64,000 nt of DNA from Orbicella franksi (taxonomy: Eukaryota). Of this stretch, positions 1 through 15,000 are shown piece by piece. The stretch lies in NCBI GenBank assembly GCA_964199315.1, contig OZ116698.1, positions 5,580,001 through 5,644,000 of the forward strand, given 5' to 3'. Position 1 is the stretch's first letter; every line of letters begins with the position of its first letter. Position numbers and translations under genes: made by a program. A model generated the notes under the pieces. The model had not been told where the DNA came from and did no database searches. It saw only the letters and a program-made list of their open reading frames with translations.

Positions 1-6
1 ACATAG

Positions 7-3000
7 AAACAGCTGGTATCCATAATTGAAGGACTTTGCAAAGGACATGGATGTCTAAAAAGAACAGAAATTATAACTTTGACAGCCATCTTGAAATCAG
101 CTAGTGTGCTAAAGGATACAGTCAGTGCGCCATCGGAACAACCGAAAGATCTCTCCCTCAGTCAGGGTGAGGACTTCTTTCAACGCCTTCAAACAGCATT
201 TACTGAGACTGGAGATGATTCTTCAAGCTTCATCAAAGACAAAACCAGGTATTTTGATTTCCATTATGTACACGTATATGGAATATTTTAACGATTGTTC
301 CCAGTTAATTATTTTTTTCAAATTTTGTTTTGTACATGTAACTGAGATGCACTGTACTTTATTTTAGCATATTAGACCGAGTTTTGTTTTGATACAAAAT
401 CAAGTTATGGTTCTACATTGTAACAAGACTTGTGTAAATGACAGTGATGTGCAGCTTTGTGAGATCCAGAAGAGTACAGGCCTAGTGGTTTAGGTAGACC
501 CAAGATTGTGAGATACACGTACATATTCAAGTCCCAGCAGGGTTCTTGTATTTTGTTCTTGAACAAGACAGTTTAAGTCCACAATCCCTCTCTCCAGCTA
601 TGAATATTAAAGTCTCTGATAAGATGTTAGAGGGTAATGTGTAATTGTCCAGCCTCCCATCCGAGGGTTTCAATGTTCCTGTCCATGTGGCAATGTTCCT
701 CTGAAGTTCCTGTTCATTTCAGTATCAGCTTGCGGGAATTTAAGAAAGACTTACTGGTAGATTTGTCTCTCCTTTGAAAGAATATCTGCCATCCTTGTTA
801 GTCTAAGACTTCTTGTTACATTTCTTTCTCTATTTACAGGGCAGAAAATGAGAAGACTTTGTCTTCTGATACCAGTAGCACAGATGTGAAGAGCTTCTTT
901 TCCAACTGCAATGTTGCAGCCCTCAGACAGCTTGGAGGTGGAAGAGTCTTGTTAGACCTGTGTCTTTCCTTGCCTGAATTTTCCAAGATTATTACACCTC
1001 AACAAGCTACATCTTCCTCATTGATGAGTTTAACTTCCTCAAGGTGGGCATTGCAGTAACCTTTTTAACATGAACTTTTCTTGAGTTTGTTTTGTTACAG
1101 TCTACTTCAGAGGCAAATTCTAGCCTGCCATTGTATTTACAAATAAAATTATCCAAGGCCATTGTTATTTGTACATGTATAATGTTTTTCTAGATACTCA
1201 CATTAAAATGTAAACATAGATTTAGTAGACTTTTAAACAGACATGTTTGTCTCTGTCACAATTTTGAAATTATTTTGCATTCTGTTTAAAATTAGTCTTC
1301 TACAAGTACACATATACATGTATGGCGGATCAGATCCTTAATCCTGTATACTTCTTTTTTCGTTTTAGTGTCCAGGGATTGTCTTCTGAGTTGTTAGTTG
1401 TTTCAAGCATAATATCCATCCCAATATTGGAACCACTCTCAGCAAGTCGGGTGGAGAAGGTCTGTCAGCTGGCATTAGGCTGTTTGGATGTTGCCCTCAC
1501 AATTGCTACTGGCAATTTCAACATTGCAGGTGCCGCAGGTGAACACAAGCACACCATTTACTTTAGAATAAATATCTGGCAGGCTAGTGACTTTGTGACA
1601 ATGATACTGTGACAACCCGTACTTGTAGGTTTTACAATGTAAGATATTGTGCGATATAGTTGTACATGTAAAATGTTACTTTATTACACGTAATACAGTT
1701 GAAGTGCATGATCTTAGAAGATTGGCTAAACCCAGTTACCTACATGTATGGTTTTTGTAGGAACAACAGGGTTGAGTCGTCCACTGTCAGTGAAGACATT
1801 GCTTGGAAGGTCTTCCTTGTCAAAGGCTTCAGGAGCTAAATCTGTCAGCAAAATATCTGGTGATGAGGAAAGCCTGGAAAAATGTGCTCAAAGTATTGTA
1901 GAGAACAGTGTAAGTTGCAATGTGTCATTTGTGGATGTGGAGTTTGTAATTGCACATTGCAAATTAATATACTTTCAGTGAGTTGAAATCTGCAGTATAC
2001 TGTACATGTACATGAATATGCCCTGAAATCAGCAGTATAGTCCTAATAAATTTTCCATATTGAATTAGGTTTTAATTCCAGCCCTTGCATAAATACATGC
2101 ATTCAAAAGTGTATTTTACCTTTGTTAATAAAGAAAACACCATTCTAAGCAGAACAATAGACATGTACATGCTAACCCAAAGCTGCAGTGTGTATAGATG
2201 TGCTAAAAGGAATTAAATGTTTGATTTTTTTTTTGGTAGATTAATGTGTTTGATGTGATCTGTGGAGTGATACAATCATCATCTAGAGCAGGAGGGCAGG
2301 TGTTACAAAACATTCACATGTTGGCAGCTCACAGAATAATACACGGCCTGCTTCCAGTCTTGGGACTAACTCCTGAGGACAGTTTGTCCAGAGAGAGTGC
2401 TGCTTTTAAGTTTAAATGGTTAGTGCCATATAACCATGCAGTCACATTATTTTTTATAGTAATGTAAGCGCATTGAGTTTTTTTTAANNNNNNNNNNNNN
2501 NNNNNNNNNNNNNNNNNNNNNNNNNNNNNNNNNNNNNNNNNNNNNNNNNNNNNNNNNNNNNNNNNNNNNNNNNNNNNNNNNNNNNNNNNNNNNNNNNNNN
2601 NNNNNNNNNNNNNNNNNNNNNNNNNNNNNNNNNNNNNNNNNNNNNNNNNNNNNNNNNNNNNNNNNNNNNNNNNNNNNNNNNNNNNNNNNNNNNNNNNNNN
2701 NNNNNNNNNNNNNNNNNNNNNNNNNNNNNNNNNNNNNNNNNNNNNNNNNNNNNNNNNNNNNNNNNNNNNNNNNNNNNNNNNNNNNNNNNNNNNNNGAACT
2801 CAATTGCAATCAGTTTTCAGTGGTATTCTACATGCTTGTGAATTGAATACAGATCACCATGACCACACCACTTTCAGTGAGTGAAACATGTTTTCTGTAT
2901 ATCAATTGGTATAGTGCATCAAGGAAAAAAATCCTTTCTTTTAGTTCATGATAAATTTCTGTATCCTCGTCATCCCTTGACTTATGCACAGACTTCTACT

Positions 3001-6000
3001 GTAAGTTTGCATAGAAGTGGGATAATGGTTGCAGACATGGGTAATGTTTTGTGCTTGTTATACATGTACAACACTGCTGTAACAGTTGCTGACTTAATTA
3101 AGTCTGACCTACGGTTCATCTTTGTGGCAGGTTGCAAGGTGTGAACACATTAGTGGTGGCACTTGCCTCGCGTGCAATCACTCTTTTGTCATCATTGTTG
3201 GAAGAGCTTCAGGTAGAAGGACTCCTTACTCATGCTGAAGATGAACCAGCCTCTGTGGGATCCGACTTCTCTGTCAATTCTCGCTGCTCGGCATGGAGGA
3301 GAGTGAAGAAGCTGATGGATGACTTGCCCCTCATGAATTACTTGTTTGCTCAGTTCTCTACACTGTACAAAATGGTAAGACCTGTACTTTCTTTTTCAGC
3401 ATCTACAACATGTAAAGGTTGTAAAAGGAAGCTCACATATGTAAGGGCAGGAACACGCATAAATAACCACTTATGTGTAGATTGTACTGTTTTTACGCAC
3501 TGAAGTCTCTATTCTTTTCCTAGGCAACTGCCATGATCACCCCCACAGTGTCAGCTGGGCCAGAATCTCCCCGGCCCAGTTCAGGAAAATCTGATAGTTC
3601 AAAATCTCCAGCGACATCATCAGATGAAGGGGACAGTGAATACATCTCTTACTCTGATGGGAGTAGTGAAGGTAAATTGTATCTTGACAAGGAACTGTTT
3701 TTAACTTAATTAGTACTATCACATCATTTTGGTCACTTTAGAAATTTGAATTATGAAGGAAATTGTATGTGTACATTACCAGTCAAAAAGAACTAGAAGG
3801 AATTTGTTATTGCAGAAAATATCTGCACCTTCCTCTTAGAAAGTCATCCATAGCCTCACGAAGGATTTTTGGTCTTACACACCTCCTTCCAATCTCTCTG
3901 GAAATTTCAATTTTAGCTCCATACTATCCTTTAAAATCTTCGGCTCTTAGAGACTCCCTCCCCCTCAAAATTTTAAATGGTCTTCCTTGCGGTGGGTTTG
4001 GATAATTTCTGGAACTGCACAATAAGTCAACTTATATGGTTCACCTCCAAATGTGAATAGCTTGTCTTGAAACTTGATACACATATGGGGCAATAGACTA
4101 TTTTTTTGACTGAAATTTTGTGAGACTAATCAGATGAGTCCCCAGTTTTCCTTCTTGTGTACAGTGTACTTGTATCTATAGATACCGGCAATAAAATAGC
4201 TAAGTTACATTGAAACTGCACTTAAGCAGAATGCAAGAATTTCAAGAAACTAACATCAGAGATAATTAATTTTGTCCATTCCTTGATTTAGATGAGGAGT
4301 CATTGCTTGGTCAGTGGTTTCAGGACACATTATCATCAATGCCAGTTGTCACAACCTCAAGTCCTCAAGTCCCACCAAGGAAGAAGTCAGAAAGTGGAGA
4401 TGTGGGGGACAGTGGGACAGAATCGACCCCATCTGGACGGTCATTCCAGATGGCTCCAGAGGAGGTCAGCAAACACATGCTCATACACACTCATTTTACA
4501 TTCACTCTTGACCATATTATTGACCACTACATTTGAGAGGTAGAAGGAATCTTGAGCTGCTTTATATTGTGTGTCTATAGACAATGCATTTCATGACAAT
4601 CCAAAGGTAAATTACTGTCAACAACCTGTCCTGAATATATTCATCTGACAAATTTAATTGTAATGATCAACTACAATAATGGACTATGAAAGCTCAGTTG
4701 ATTAATTTGGCAAATGCATGTTAAATTCCACTACAAGGGTCTGGATAGGCACACCCTTTCTCTTCATGGGTAGGGCTTAAAAAAAGTGCTGTCCCATTCT
4801 CCTGGACAAGTAGATTTTCCTTCTGGGCAAGTGGCTTTTTATTTCTCACTTGCCCAATGGACAAGGGCTCAGGCAAGTCATCTCCAGACTAAATCATTAA
4901 AAGGGAAAACTAAGACGTGAGAGTTTGAGAGCTACCTGTCCCAAAGGCAAGCTGGAATTCAAGTTTTTTTTTAGCCCTGATGGGAAGACCCATGTGCCAA
5001 ACTATGTTATAGTTGGGTATCATTATAAAGAAGACCTGCATGGGGTCAGACAATATAATCAAATATTCTGGTGTAAAAGTATTTCCCCTTCTCTTGTCAC
5101 AGAGTAGATTTATTAGTACATTGTAGCAGGGTAGTTATGTAGACACACATGCAATCAAAATTTCCCTACAACAGGCAGGCTGGTAACAATGAAACCAGGA
5201 ATTATGCTTTATTTTAAGTTTCTATCTTTGCAGTACATCTACTTGGCAACATGTACCCTACAATTCTTAACCAAGCACCTTCTGAGTAGCACTGTTCCAG
5301 AAATGACAGAATACATTAGCCGCTCCTTCACAGAAGAACACATATCTGGTCTTGTGGGAGTTGTAAAAGATCTGGACCAACTTACTTTCACCAGCATGTC
5401 CAGTTATGTTGATATGGATAAGCTCTGTGGTGCAGTTGATCAGGCTGTTCACTTGCTCTTAGTTTCAGACTTATTATCAAATAAACAACAGGTAAAGGCT
5501 ATCGCTTAAATTACTGTCTTACTGTCTTAATATAAATCTACTAGTGTTCTTTTGTGAATGCCATTCTCTGGTTGGCTATGCTAGTCACTATCTACTCTGT
5601 TGTGTGCTTATTAACAAACTGGCAGCCACTTCTTTGTATTTTCAAAGTGTCTGTGTCTACTAGAGGATTTAGATTTAAGTTCTGAATGACTAATAGATTT
5701 ATACTAAAACAACTAGATTTTTCTATGATAAATCTTGAGCTCACAATTTAATCATTTTATACAGTATTTAATGTACAAATGTAGAAATACAGCTTAGGGC
5801 ACTCTTTTTTCAGGATGCTGTCTAAATAAATTTAAAACTTTGGTTGTGCTTGAGAGTTTTTGGGTTAAATGTTATTTTTGACTCTTCTGATTACCTTAAG
5901 GATGTATTTCTGAGTCATCTTAGCCTGGCCCCACTGGATGATGGACCTTGGCCACTGAAGGTAAGCCAGCGTTGTCTTTCCATCCTCGCCAGAGTGTTAC

Positions 6001-9000
6001 TGGCCCGCCAACAGAAGGGGTTACAAACAAACACAGGAATGGACATTGCTGAATGTGTTAAAGTGTGGAACAGGCTCATAGACACACTTGGAGATCATTG
6101 TCTCATGGAAGAGGCTGTTCCTGTCACGCAAGGTTTGTAGTAGTTCATCTTTATTAGCATCATTGTCATATCAGTCTTACCACCAGTTAACATTTTTGTT
6201 GTGCTTGATTTGAATGGCTCTGACCAATCAAGGGAGTTGAAATTGTTTGTGAAAAATTTTCTTTGTAGTGATTACAAGGCCAAGATTACATGTTGTAATC
6301 ATTTTTTGTGTGTGGGTTCAGTGGAAATGCATTGTACATGTAAGGTGGTATTTTTTTTTAAATTGTTTTAATTTGTTTTCTTTTAGATTTGAATGTAGAA
6401 CATCTACAGCTTTTGCTGTTTATTTTTCACAACTTCCCTGTGACTCAGCGTAAAAGACTTCTGACGTATTGTGCAAGGGTAATCATAACAGTTGCTAACT
6501 CAGCATCTGTACTACACTCCACTCCCATGGCACTGAATCACCTTTTGTTGCTGTTGGACTACTTTCTTCACCATTTGTCAACACCACCAGAAGAGCTCTT
6601 CAAACAGGTCTGTGGTTAAAATAATCTATCTACTGTCTCTTAAACAAGCACTGTAGAAAATCATGTATATGTGCCGTAACACATGAGTTCTGGGTTGACT
6701 AATAATAGTCAAGTTACGCAGTGGAAGATGCATATTGTGTTATGGTTGTACATGTACATGCAGACCAAGAAAATGTCTTTAAGGACAAAGGTAATTTTTT
6801 GTTAGCGTCAGAGTTCATTACACCAATGCAGATAACATCCCTTTTCAATAGCCTACATGTACTCTCTCTTATTATTGTGACCTTACTCTCCCTGTTAGGT
6901 TCAACATAACCTATTTCAGAGTTGTACAGCACCCAGCTCAAGATTGCTGGATGATAAAGGCTCTACAGACCATCATGAACCTTTGTATTATGCTGCTAAT
7001 GGTGAAGAAGATGAGGGCCTATCACACTCAAGCATAAAAGTTCATTTGCTAGCTGAAGAATGTGTCACAACCAAGTGTCATAGTTTTAGACCCAGATTTT
7101 ATGAGATAAGACCTGTTCTTCTAGAAGATAACTTGGACAAAGAGGTGTGTTCGTGACAAAATCATCCACATTTGGTTTGTTCTTTTCCTGATTGAGACCT
7201 AGAGCATATGCATTGTGGGGTTTGCAATAACCCTTTTCTATTGTTTCTTACTTGCACGATCATGATTTAATCTAACTTGCACAACTTATGATATTTGAAA
7301 ATTAATTTGTTTCCATTTACCATTGAATTAATTACCCTGTAATGTAGTTGATTAACCCATTGACTCCTGGAGCTTTTTGCCAAAAACGCATTTTTTGGAC
7401 ATAAGCTCCAACATACCCGAAAACACATTTGCAACATGACAGTATGCCTTTCTTTCCTCTAGCATCGCGTTTTATGACATTTTTGCTCGGGCATGTGCAG
7501 AAATCAAAATTTTGAGATGTCTTTAGGCTTTTTGATATATTTTATTATTTTTTGTTTTCGCCTTTCCCTTTTCTCCTTTTCTTTTCTTTTTGCTGCAGTG
7601 ATTGACCTTCTACTGAGCTTGTTTCAAGTTTAAAACATTCTGAGAAAGCATCTTTGAGACGGGCAATTTTTGCCATGGAGTAGCCACGTGTAGTGGCAAG
7701 AAATTTTGCTCTGAGTTTTTCACTCAACTTTTTGAGCATTTTTGTGCATATCGCAGGCTCCATTGGGTCAATCACTCTGATCTGGGTATCATTGGAAAGA
7801 TCTTTTCCTCCTGCAGAAGTTGAGCGTAGATGATGCCAATTTTGGTCAAAGGTGATGACGTCAGAAGTGGAAGAAAGGCCAAGGCTCGTCACAGCCAGTT
7901 ACGGCCGGCACAGGAGTCAATGGGTTAAATAAATTAACCTGACACAAACTTAGCTGGGGTCAATAATTGTGCCATTTACTAGTTGCTGATTTTGGATCTT
8001 GAAATAACATGAATTAAAAAGTATGTGCTTTTTTTCCCACTGAAAAATAAAGATTCTCTTGGCAAAATAACCTTTAAGTTCTATGCAAATAATTTCTGAG
8101 TGTTAGTTGTACTTGATTTGCGACGTGTGGTTAAATAATAATTATAAATTTGTCTCTAGGCTTGTTCTACACTACTTAGTTTGTCTGAGGAAGGGCAGAG
8201 CTATAAAGACTTTCACTCTGCAGTAATCAAACTTCTGATGGTGGGATCTCGGCAAGAAGTGAAGAGTTCCTCACGCGACAGCCACCCTTCAATGCCTGTG
8301 GATGGAGCAGTGGTGAAGCATAGCTTTAACCTTGCTTGGCGGATATTAGACTGTTTACCACCATCAGTTGAGTTTTTCAAGAGTCTACAGCAGGATCTTG
8401 AGATGCAGCACATCCAAGTCGCAGTGAGTAGAACACATTGCACAGCCAGGTTAGCTCAGATAGACACAAACGTGGCTTGACACACAGCTACTAGCTTTGG
8501 TAGGGAGATTTAGTTTGTCACATAAAGTCATTGAGAGTTAGACAATTAACCTGTATTTAAGCAATTTCTGCATTATTTGGTAGCCTCCTGACCTGAACTC
8601 AGTTGAATTCTTGAATTTGTACCGTACAGTATACATGGCTGTGTTTTATAATCTCACACACCTCCCTTAAAAATTATGGGTGCGGGGCATACGTGTTTAG
8701 TTGTTTCACCCAGTCTTAGTTTCAAGACAAAAATACATGTATAACAATATTTGTTTCTTCCACCATATGAAAGGATCCTGACCTTGCCAAACTCTTGTGT
8801 AGTTTGAAATTTGTTTCCAAACTTGGCTCTTCAAGTCCAGACACTACATTCTGTGAAACACTCAAGGTTTGTCAATTTCCATTGTATAGAATGTTAATTT
8901 TAATTGTATTGCCATTGTATGGTCCCATAACCATTTTAATATCCTTAGTGTTGGAGATATTTTTGTGCCTCAGATACTCATTTTCAGGGCGAAGTACTGT

Positions 9001-12000
9001 ATTATCAGATGCACATGGAAAAGATTAAATGAGTGTCAATCTGTCATACAGTATTTGAGTACAATACAGGCTTGAGAGTACTGTTGTCTTAACTGCCTTG
9101 GGAAAACAAGAAAACAAATATACAAAATGCTGCAATCTACTAATGAAATCATCTGTTAATGCACACAAGGAGACCATACAATACCACACTTGTATTGTAA
9201 TTCTGTAAGTTCTTAAATGCATGGTGGTATTACACATATTTGCTAGCTCTTGTGCATGTTCAAACCCAGTTCTCACAGACCCAAGAATCTAGATCCAGCA
9301 TCACGCAACATTATCATGGCTTGTTGTTCTTGGGAGGGTCAAGAATTGTAAAATGCCGAACTGTTCTGCACAGATTTTCACATGTCAGGAGATATGTGCA
9401 ATAAAACATGTACCATGAAAATTTGTCCTCAATCGAATTTTTTTCCAGCATGCTCCACAATAACTCAAGAGGGTCTCCAAAGCTAATTCTAGCAACATTT
9501 TCCCAAGCAATTTTGAGTTGAAATGTAGGCACCATAGCATCCTTCAACGAACAGCAATATTGAGATGTTCTACCTTCTTCACGTGTAGTCTTGTTTACCT
9601 CTACAGAATAGTCTTGTTGATCAGGGAATGTCCAAGGAGGACTCTAATAGCATAATTGATAACGTCACAAGACTAAGTGGAGATCTTCATCACAGTGTCA
9701 TGATGGCAAAACAGTTCTTGAAAGAGGTAACAGTTACAGTGGTAAAATGAATGTAAGTCATAAGCTCTGAAACAGAAGGAAACAAGATTAATTCAAAACT
9801 TTTTCACTTTAGGAATAAATTGTTTAATAACTACACGTACACATGCAGTACCATGTACATCTGAAATTGCCCCGTGAGATATTGGAATCAGTAGGCAAAC
9901 TTCTCGAAACACTTTCCTTTCAACGTGGCGTAAAACGATTTGTAGCAAAGATCTGTGAAAGCTTTGTAGATTCCTCATGACAATGAATGTTGTCAGATGT
10001 TTTGAATAAAAAACCTCATCTTATTGGCTTTCATACTATCATCTACATGCAATATTAATGTTACCTCAAATTTCTCATTAGCATATGTAAAAACGTAATT
10101 GCCAGTCTCAGTTTGTAACAATTTGTTACAAAATTATTGTGTGAAACGAGAAAGACAGGAAAAATGAAGGAAATCGAAGAGTGCTATTGGTGAAGGCAAT
10201 CCATAATGTATCGTAATAATTATTATTTCTGTGCAGATGACCAAACTTCAGACTGAACTTTTTGAGGAGGATAACCCTTCCCAGTTGCCAGGACTGTTGA
10301 GCCTTTGCACCCTTGATGCTGTGATAGGAAAAACTCATGTGGCTCTGAATTCACTGTTTGGAAACTCAGATGAAGATCCTGATTTGACAATGATCGTGGA
10401 AAATGCAAATGAACTTCTCCCTGTGCTGGTTGATTTGATTCCACTGTATCAGAAATTTGCTGGGTAAGAGATTTATATGGAGTGCGGTGTAATAATTAAC
10501 ACTTTTCTAGAAATCAGGAAACATTTTTGTTAAAAGTAAAAGACAACTGCTTTTGGACTAAGTGGTCTACTGTATTTATCTGCCCAGAAAAACATGATTT
10601 TCCTAAAAGTCTCCAAAGCACATGTTACTTAATATTCATGTTATTTGTGCAGAAGAGCAAATTGTGAAAAATAGTGACTGAAAGTCAAGAATATGGGAAC
10701 TAATGGAACAATCATCTATGAGACCATCATATTTAGTTTTGAAGAGCAAAATTAAAGTGAGGTACAGGTGTGTAGTATTTCTTCTAACCAATCCAGTATT
10801 AGATTTAGTTATGGTTATTCAGATACATTGTACATGTAGTTTGAATGTGCATGGAAACTGGAACAAAAAATCTAAAAAAAAAATGAATATTGAGCCCACA
10901 ACTGAGCCACAGCCACAAGGGGTCTGGAAATGACTTTTTCAAAACAAATTACATGTAGACAAAATCTGAAATGTTTGCTTAAATGGAACGAAAATCAAAA
11001 ACCAGCTTTGGTTTGCAATCTGTGTGATCCTCCTTCAGACGTGGTTTGTTTTGCAATCCTAAGACTAGTTTGGCCATAAATGGAATAGGAAATCTATTCC
11101 AATAGCAAAATCTGGGTTTCGATTGTTTAGAAGGAATACTACTAAATGTACCCACAAATGATTATTACTTTTTCATGTTTGCAAGTAGCAATTGTTCTTG
11201 ACTTTCCTTATTCAAAAGTATTGTTACTAAGTTTAAGGTGATTGTTAACTGTTGATTGTCAGGTTTTGTTTGCTATCTGGTGCTGTGAAACAAAAGAACA
11301 GTGACAATGAGGGTGCAGAATCTTTACAGGCATATTCCAGTGTCATTAAAATTGGATACATGCGATTACCTAAGCACCCCTGCCTTTCTTTAACATTTCT
11401 GGCAGGTGTGTATGGTTTTTGGTTACTGTAGATGTTAAAGCAGTAATACTGGCAAGTTTAGAGTGGAGCACTGTTACAATAAAAATAATGACCCACATCA
11501 TTTCAGATTTACATGTAGGAGCCTTTTTATTTTGCTATTATTGAAGGGCTGCAGATTTCAAGAGGGTTGCAACTGTTTGGTACATACAGCTAACACAATT
11601 ACAGCTTGTGGGCTGATCTATCCTAACAAGAGAAAAATGTTTGTGATAGAAGGAAAGAAGGAACAGATAAATCTTGTTGAGAAGAAATTATGTCACACTA
11701 AATGAAGTAATATATGTCGCGTTTGTAATAATGGCCATCTAAAACCAATATCAGATCATTTGTTTTTTATTAGTGTCAATGTACATTTTGATGTTGCTTC
11801 TTATGAGTGTTGCTGCTTTCGGGATTTTCCTGCAACCACGGCATTCCAGTTGTTGCTACTTTCTAGTGTTCAACTTTTGCAGGGTTGTTACCTTCAGAAC
11901 CTTATAGTAATCTGACCAACATTGGGCCGCCAAATTCCAGTTAGGTTAACAAGGTTGCCATGTTTAGGGATTGTACATTTTAAATAAAGAAAATTGCTGA

Positions 12001-15000
12001 CTGCAGAAAAAGTGGTTAAAAAATAACTAGTTGGTCATGTTACCCTTGGAGAAGGTGTCTTAGCAGTTTTATATCAACTTATAACCTGATGAATAGAATG
12101 CCAAAAAAACTTAAGGTTCCAGCAAGAGTCAAAGATGTGACCTTTGTTATGCTGGTGCAAACACTGATTATTCACACGTACTGGAAATCATTACATCAGC
12201 TGAGGATAGTTAATGAAGAGTTACTGTAGGTTCCACTACCAGCCACTGTTCAGGAAAGGGAGCCATGCTTCTCTTCTCTGAATGTACAGCTGAATCAACA
12301 GAGTCTGAAGTCAACTTTCTATGCTAATTAATGCATGTTCACAATGCTGTACATATTACATATTCACTGCAGGTCTTCCATCATCTGTGAAGAAGGCTTT
12401 AGAAAAATGGAACAATATTGTGATGACAAGTTTTCCCTCAGCATCGTCATGGAAAACATCAGCTTGTTTGATTGAAATTGGAGCAGAAAGCTTTTTGGAC
12501 TCTCTCGTGTCGGCACATCTGTCTGCTGTGTGCAGTGCTGGCTCAATGGAGATAGCACCAGCCCTTAAACACACTCTTCATTCACTAGTTCAACTAACTG
12601 CAGAGTTGCTAACGTAAGTCATGTCGATAAATACTTCATTCGTAATGCACTTCCTGAAAATGTTTTACTGCCACTGATTTTCGATGGACGTGTGATCATT
12701 ATTTTGACAAAGCTCAAGAAAGTCTTCAAATAATAGTGTAGTGTCAATATGTAACTTCATGAATTAAAGCTACATGTAAATCTTTAGGACTTACATTACC
12801 ATTGAAGAATTGTGTAAATTAAGATTAAATTAAATTAAGTTTGGAATTGCATTGATGACTCACTTAAATCTAAGAGTCGTGCTTGCTTCAAAAATCTCTT
12901 AAAAGAATTGATTATCTCCAACTACTGACTGGTACATTGATGTACTTTAATTTTTCATTTTTTTTTTTTTTTTTTTTGTGTGCACACTCATATTTTTCTT
13001 TTTTCGTTCTCTGTATGTGTGTGTGTGTGTGTCTGCGTGTGTGTGTGAATGAAATCGTGTCCTGTTTTTTTTTTTTTATATATATATATTCTGTAACTTT
13101 ATTGCAATATTTTTTTCCGCTTGGCCCAGCCACTTAGCTCGATTAGCCTTAGCTATTTCTAAGTGGCCGTGCTCTGTTTTTCATTGTTATTTTTTCACAT
13201 TGCATGTATTTATTTTTATTGTAAAATTTTTCTGGGCACAAAATAAAGATTGTTGTTGTTGTTGTTGTTGTTGTTGTCTTAGCTTGGGTCTGAAAGAATT
13301 ATTAAGTAACACAAAATGTCAGAGTAATGGTGACTGTAGTTGTACATACTCATTATCGTCATCATCATTTGACCAGGATAGAGGACACGCATGAAAACCA
13401 GCTAAGGCTGATGTGGCCTCCTCTCTAAATATTGTAATATTTATGTAAAATAAAGTGTCATGGCTTTTGCATATACATTATTTTAAGACAATTTTTTGCA
13501 CCATCATGCTTAAGGTGGAGTCCAAAAGAGGAACACTCCATGGAGACTGCCCTGGGTAAACAACTGTGTGATAATGTAGTACCTGTCATGGTGGATGCCA
13601 CTATGGAGTATCTCTCAGAGCAATGCAACACCATTTTAGAGCGAGTTGTTGGTCCTGCAGACAGTGACAAATTTGCCAACTGTGTTCAGGCATACGTGTT
13701 GTCAAAATGTCACAAACTTCTTGTTGACCAGTTGGGAGCAGATAGGTACAGTGTTTGTGTTTTTCAGAATATTAAACAAAATGGTTTATTGATATCTTAT
13801 ACACTTGTACTGTACCACACATACAGGAAGTACTCCCTTCTAGGCACTGTATATTAATAAATGTCATGCAGTAACTAAATTTTCCATGAGTTACACTGTA
13901 ACTGCTTGTTTTCCAGGTGAAAACTGAGATGTACTTATTGAGTATAAATATAATCCCAGCTAAGAAGAAGTAACAAATTACTCTTACACATCACCATAGA
14001 AAGCAAACTATAAAAGCTGCAACAGTTGTTCCAGTGTACTGGGTAAATGTCAGATGTATGTGTAGGGTGACAAATAAGTTGAAAATGTCTTTCAGGCAAT
14101 TCTATCATGGTGTATCGTAGTTTATTAATCTATATTTTATAATTGTGACACATGCAGCTAATTCCCATATATTCAATTGCAAAACATGATTATAGCAGAT
14201 AGTGTTTCTTTTTTCCAGGTCTGATATTGGTGAAGAGGTGCTAGTAGACTGTCTGAAATACATAGACTCTTTGTTGGAAAAAGTATCTGACCATCGCCTT
14301 CTGGAGCAGTTGTACTCAAAGAACAAAGAACTCTGTAAAGTTATTGTGCTGTCTGCAAACAAAAGACTGTCTTTGGGATATGTTAACAGGACTTTGAAAC
14401 TGTCAGTCCGTTTCTTGCAGCTTGGTAAGTGTCTTTGATATATCGTTAAGTACAATGAAGAATAGTAATCATTGAACAAAGTTGAAAGGAACGGTTTAAG
14501 ATACATGCAATTGTTCATAATTTGAGGAGTTTTAAGCTAATGGCAAGTGCAAAAAAATTTTCTTCATATTAAAGAGTTCAGTAGTGACATGTGTAACTGT
14601 TTTTGTTCTCTTTCATAGCTGAGAAGCCTCTGAACTTAGGGATGCACTTCTTGTGCTCTGGCTTCTCAGAGCTTTGCCATTTAGACCATGCAACCCTGGA
14701 GGGATGGCTGAGAAGGATTATGCTTGGTGTAGAAGATGACAAAGGAAACACAGGAAAGATGGCAGATAACAGACTTCTTCTACAGACATTTGCCACTTAC
14801 ATTGTTAAGGAAGCAAGGTACAGTATTCAATGATGATATGGATGCCTTCATATTGTGGCCACTCAGCTCTGCCCCTTTGGGTCCTTATTGTCATAAATGG
14901 CAAGTCCCTAATTGCTTCACCTCATAGAGTCCTTGCATTTTAAGAGCCTTATCAGATGTTGCAGAAAACTCTTGTGAAGCTGTAAACCACTGGATTGATA

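Noticed and set aside
2488-2795. Missing UBR4 exon hidden in the N gap
   Set aside because: The flanking exons join in frame. The local protein is shorter than the remembered human segment, so a hidden frame-preserving exon cannot be fully excluded, but nothing supports one.
7545-7892. 115-aa minus-strand ORF
   Set aside because: It lies inside the piggyBac-like MITE, has no transposase motifs, and its K/R-rich end is a translated T-rich tract.
9279-9404. Possible extra exon starting [11 protein letters not shown]
   Set aside because: The frame runs into TAA with no convincing donor, it has no similarity to UBR4, and exons 8774-8866 and 9607-9726 already join in frame.
12883-13394. Hydrophobic and poly-Cys ORFs
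   Set aside because: These are translations of poly-T, (TG)n and (TGT)n repeats.
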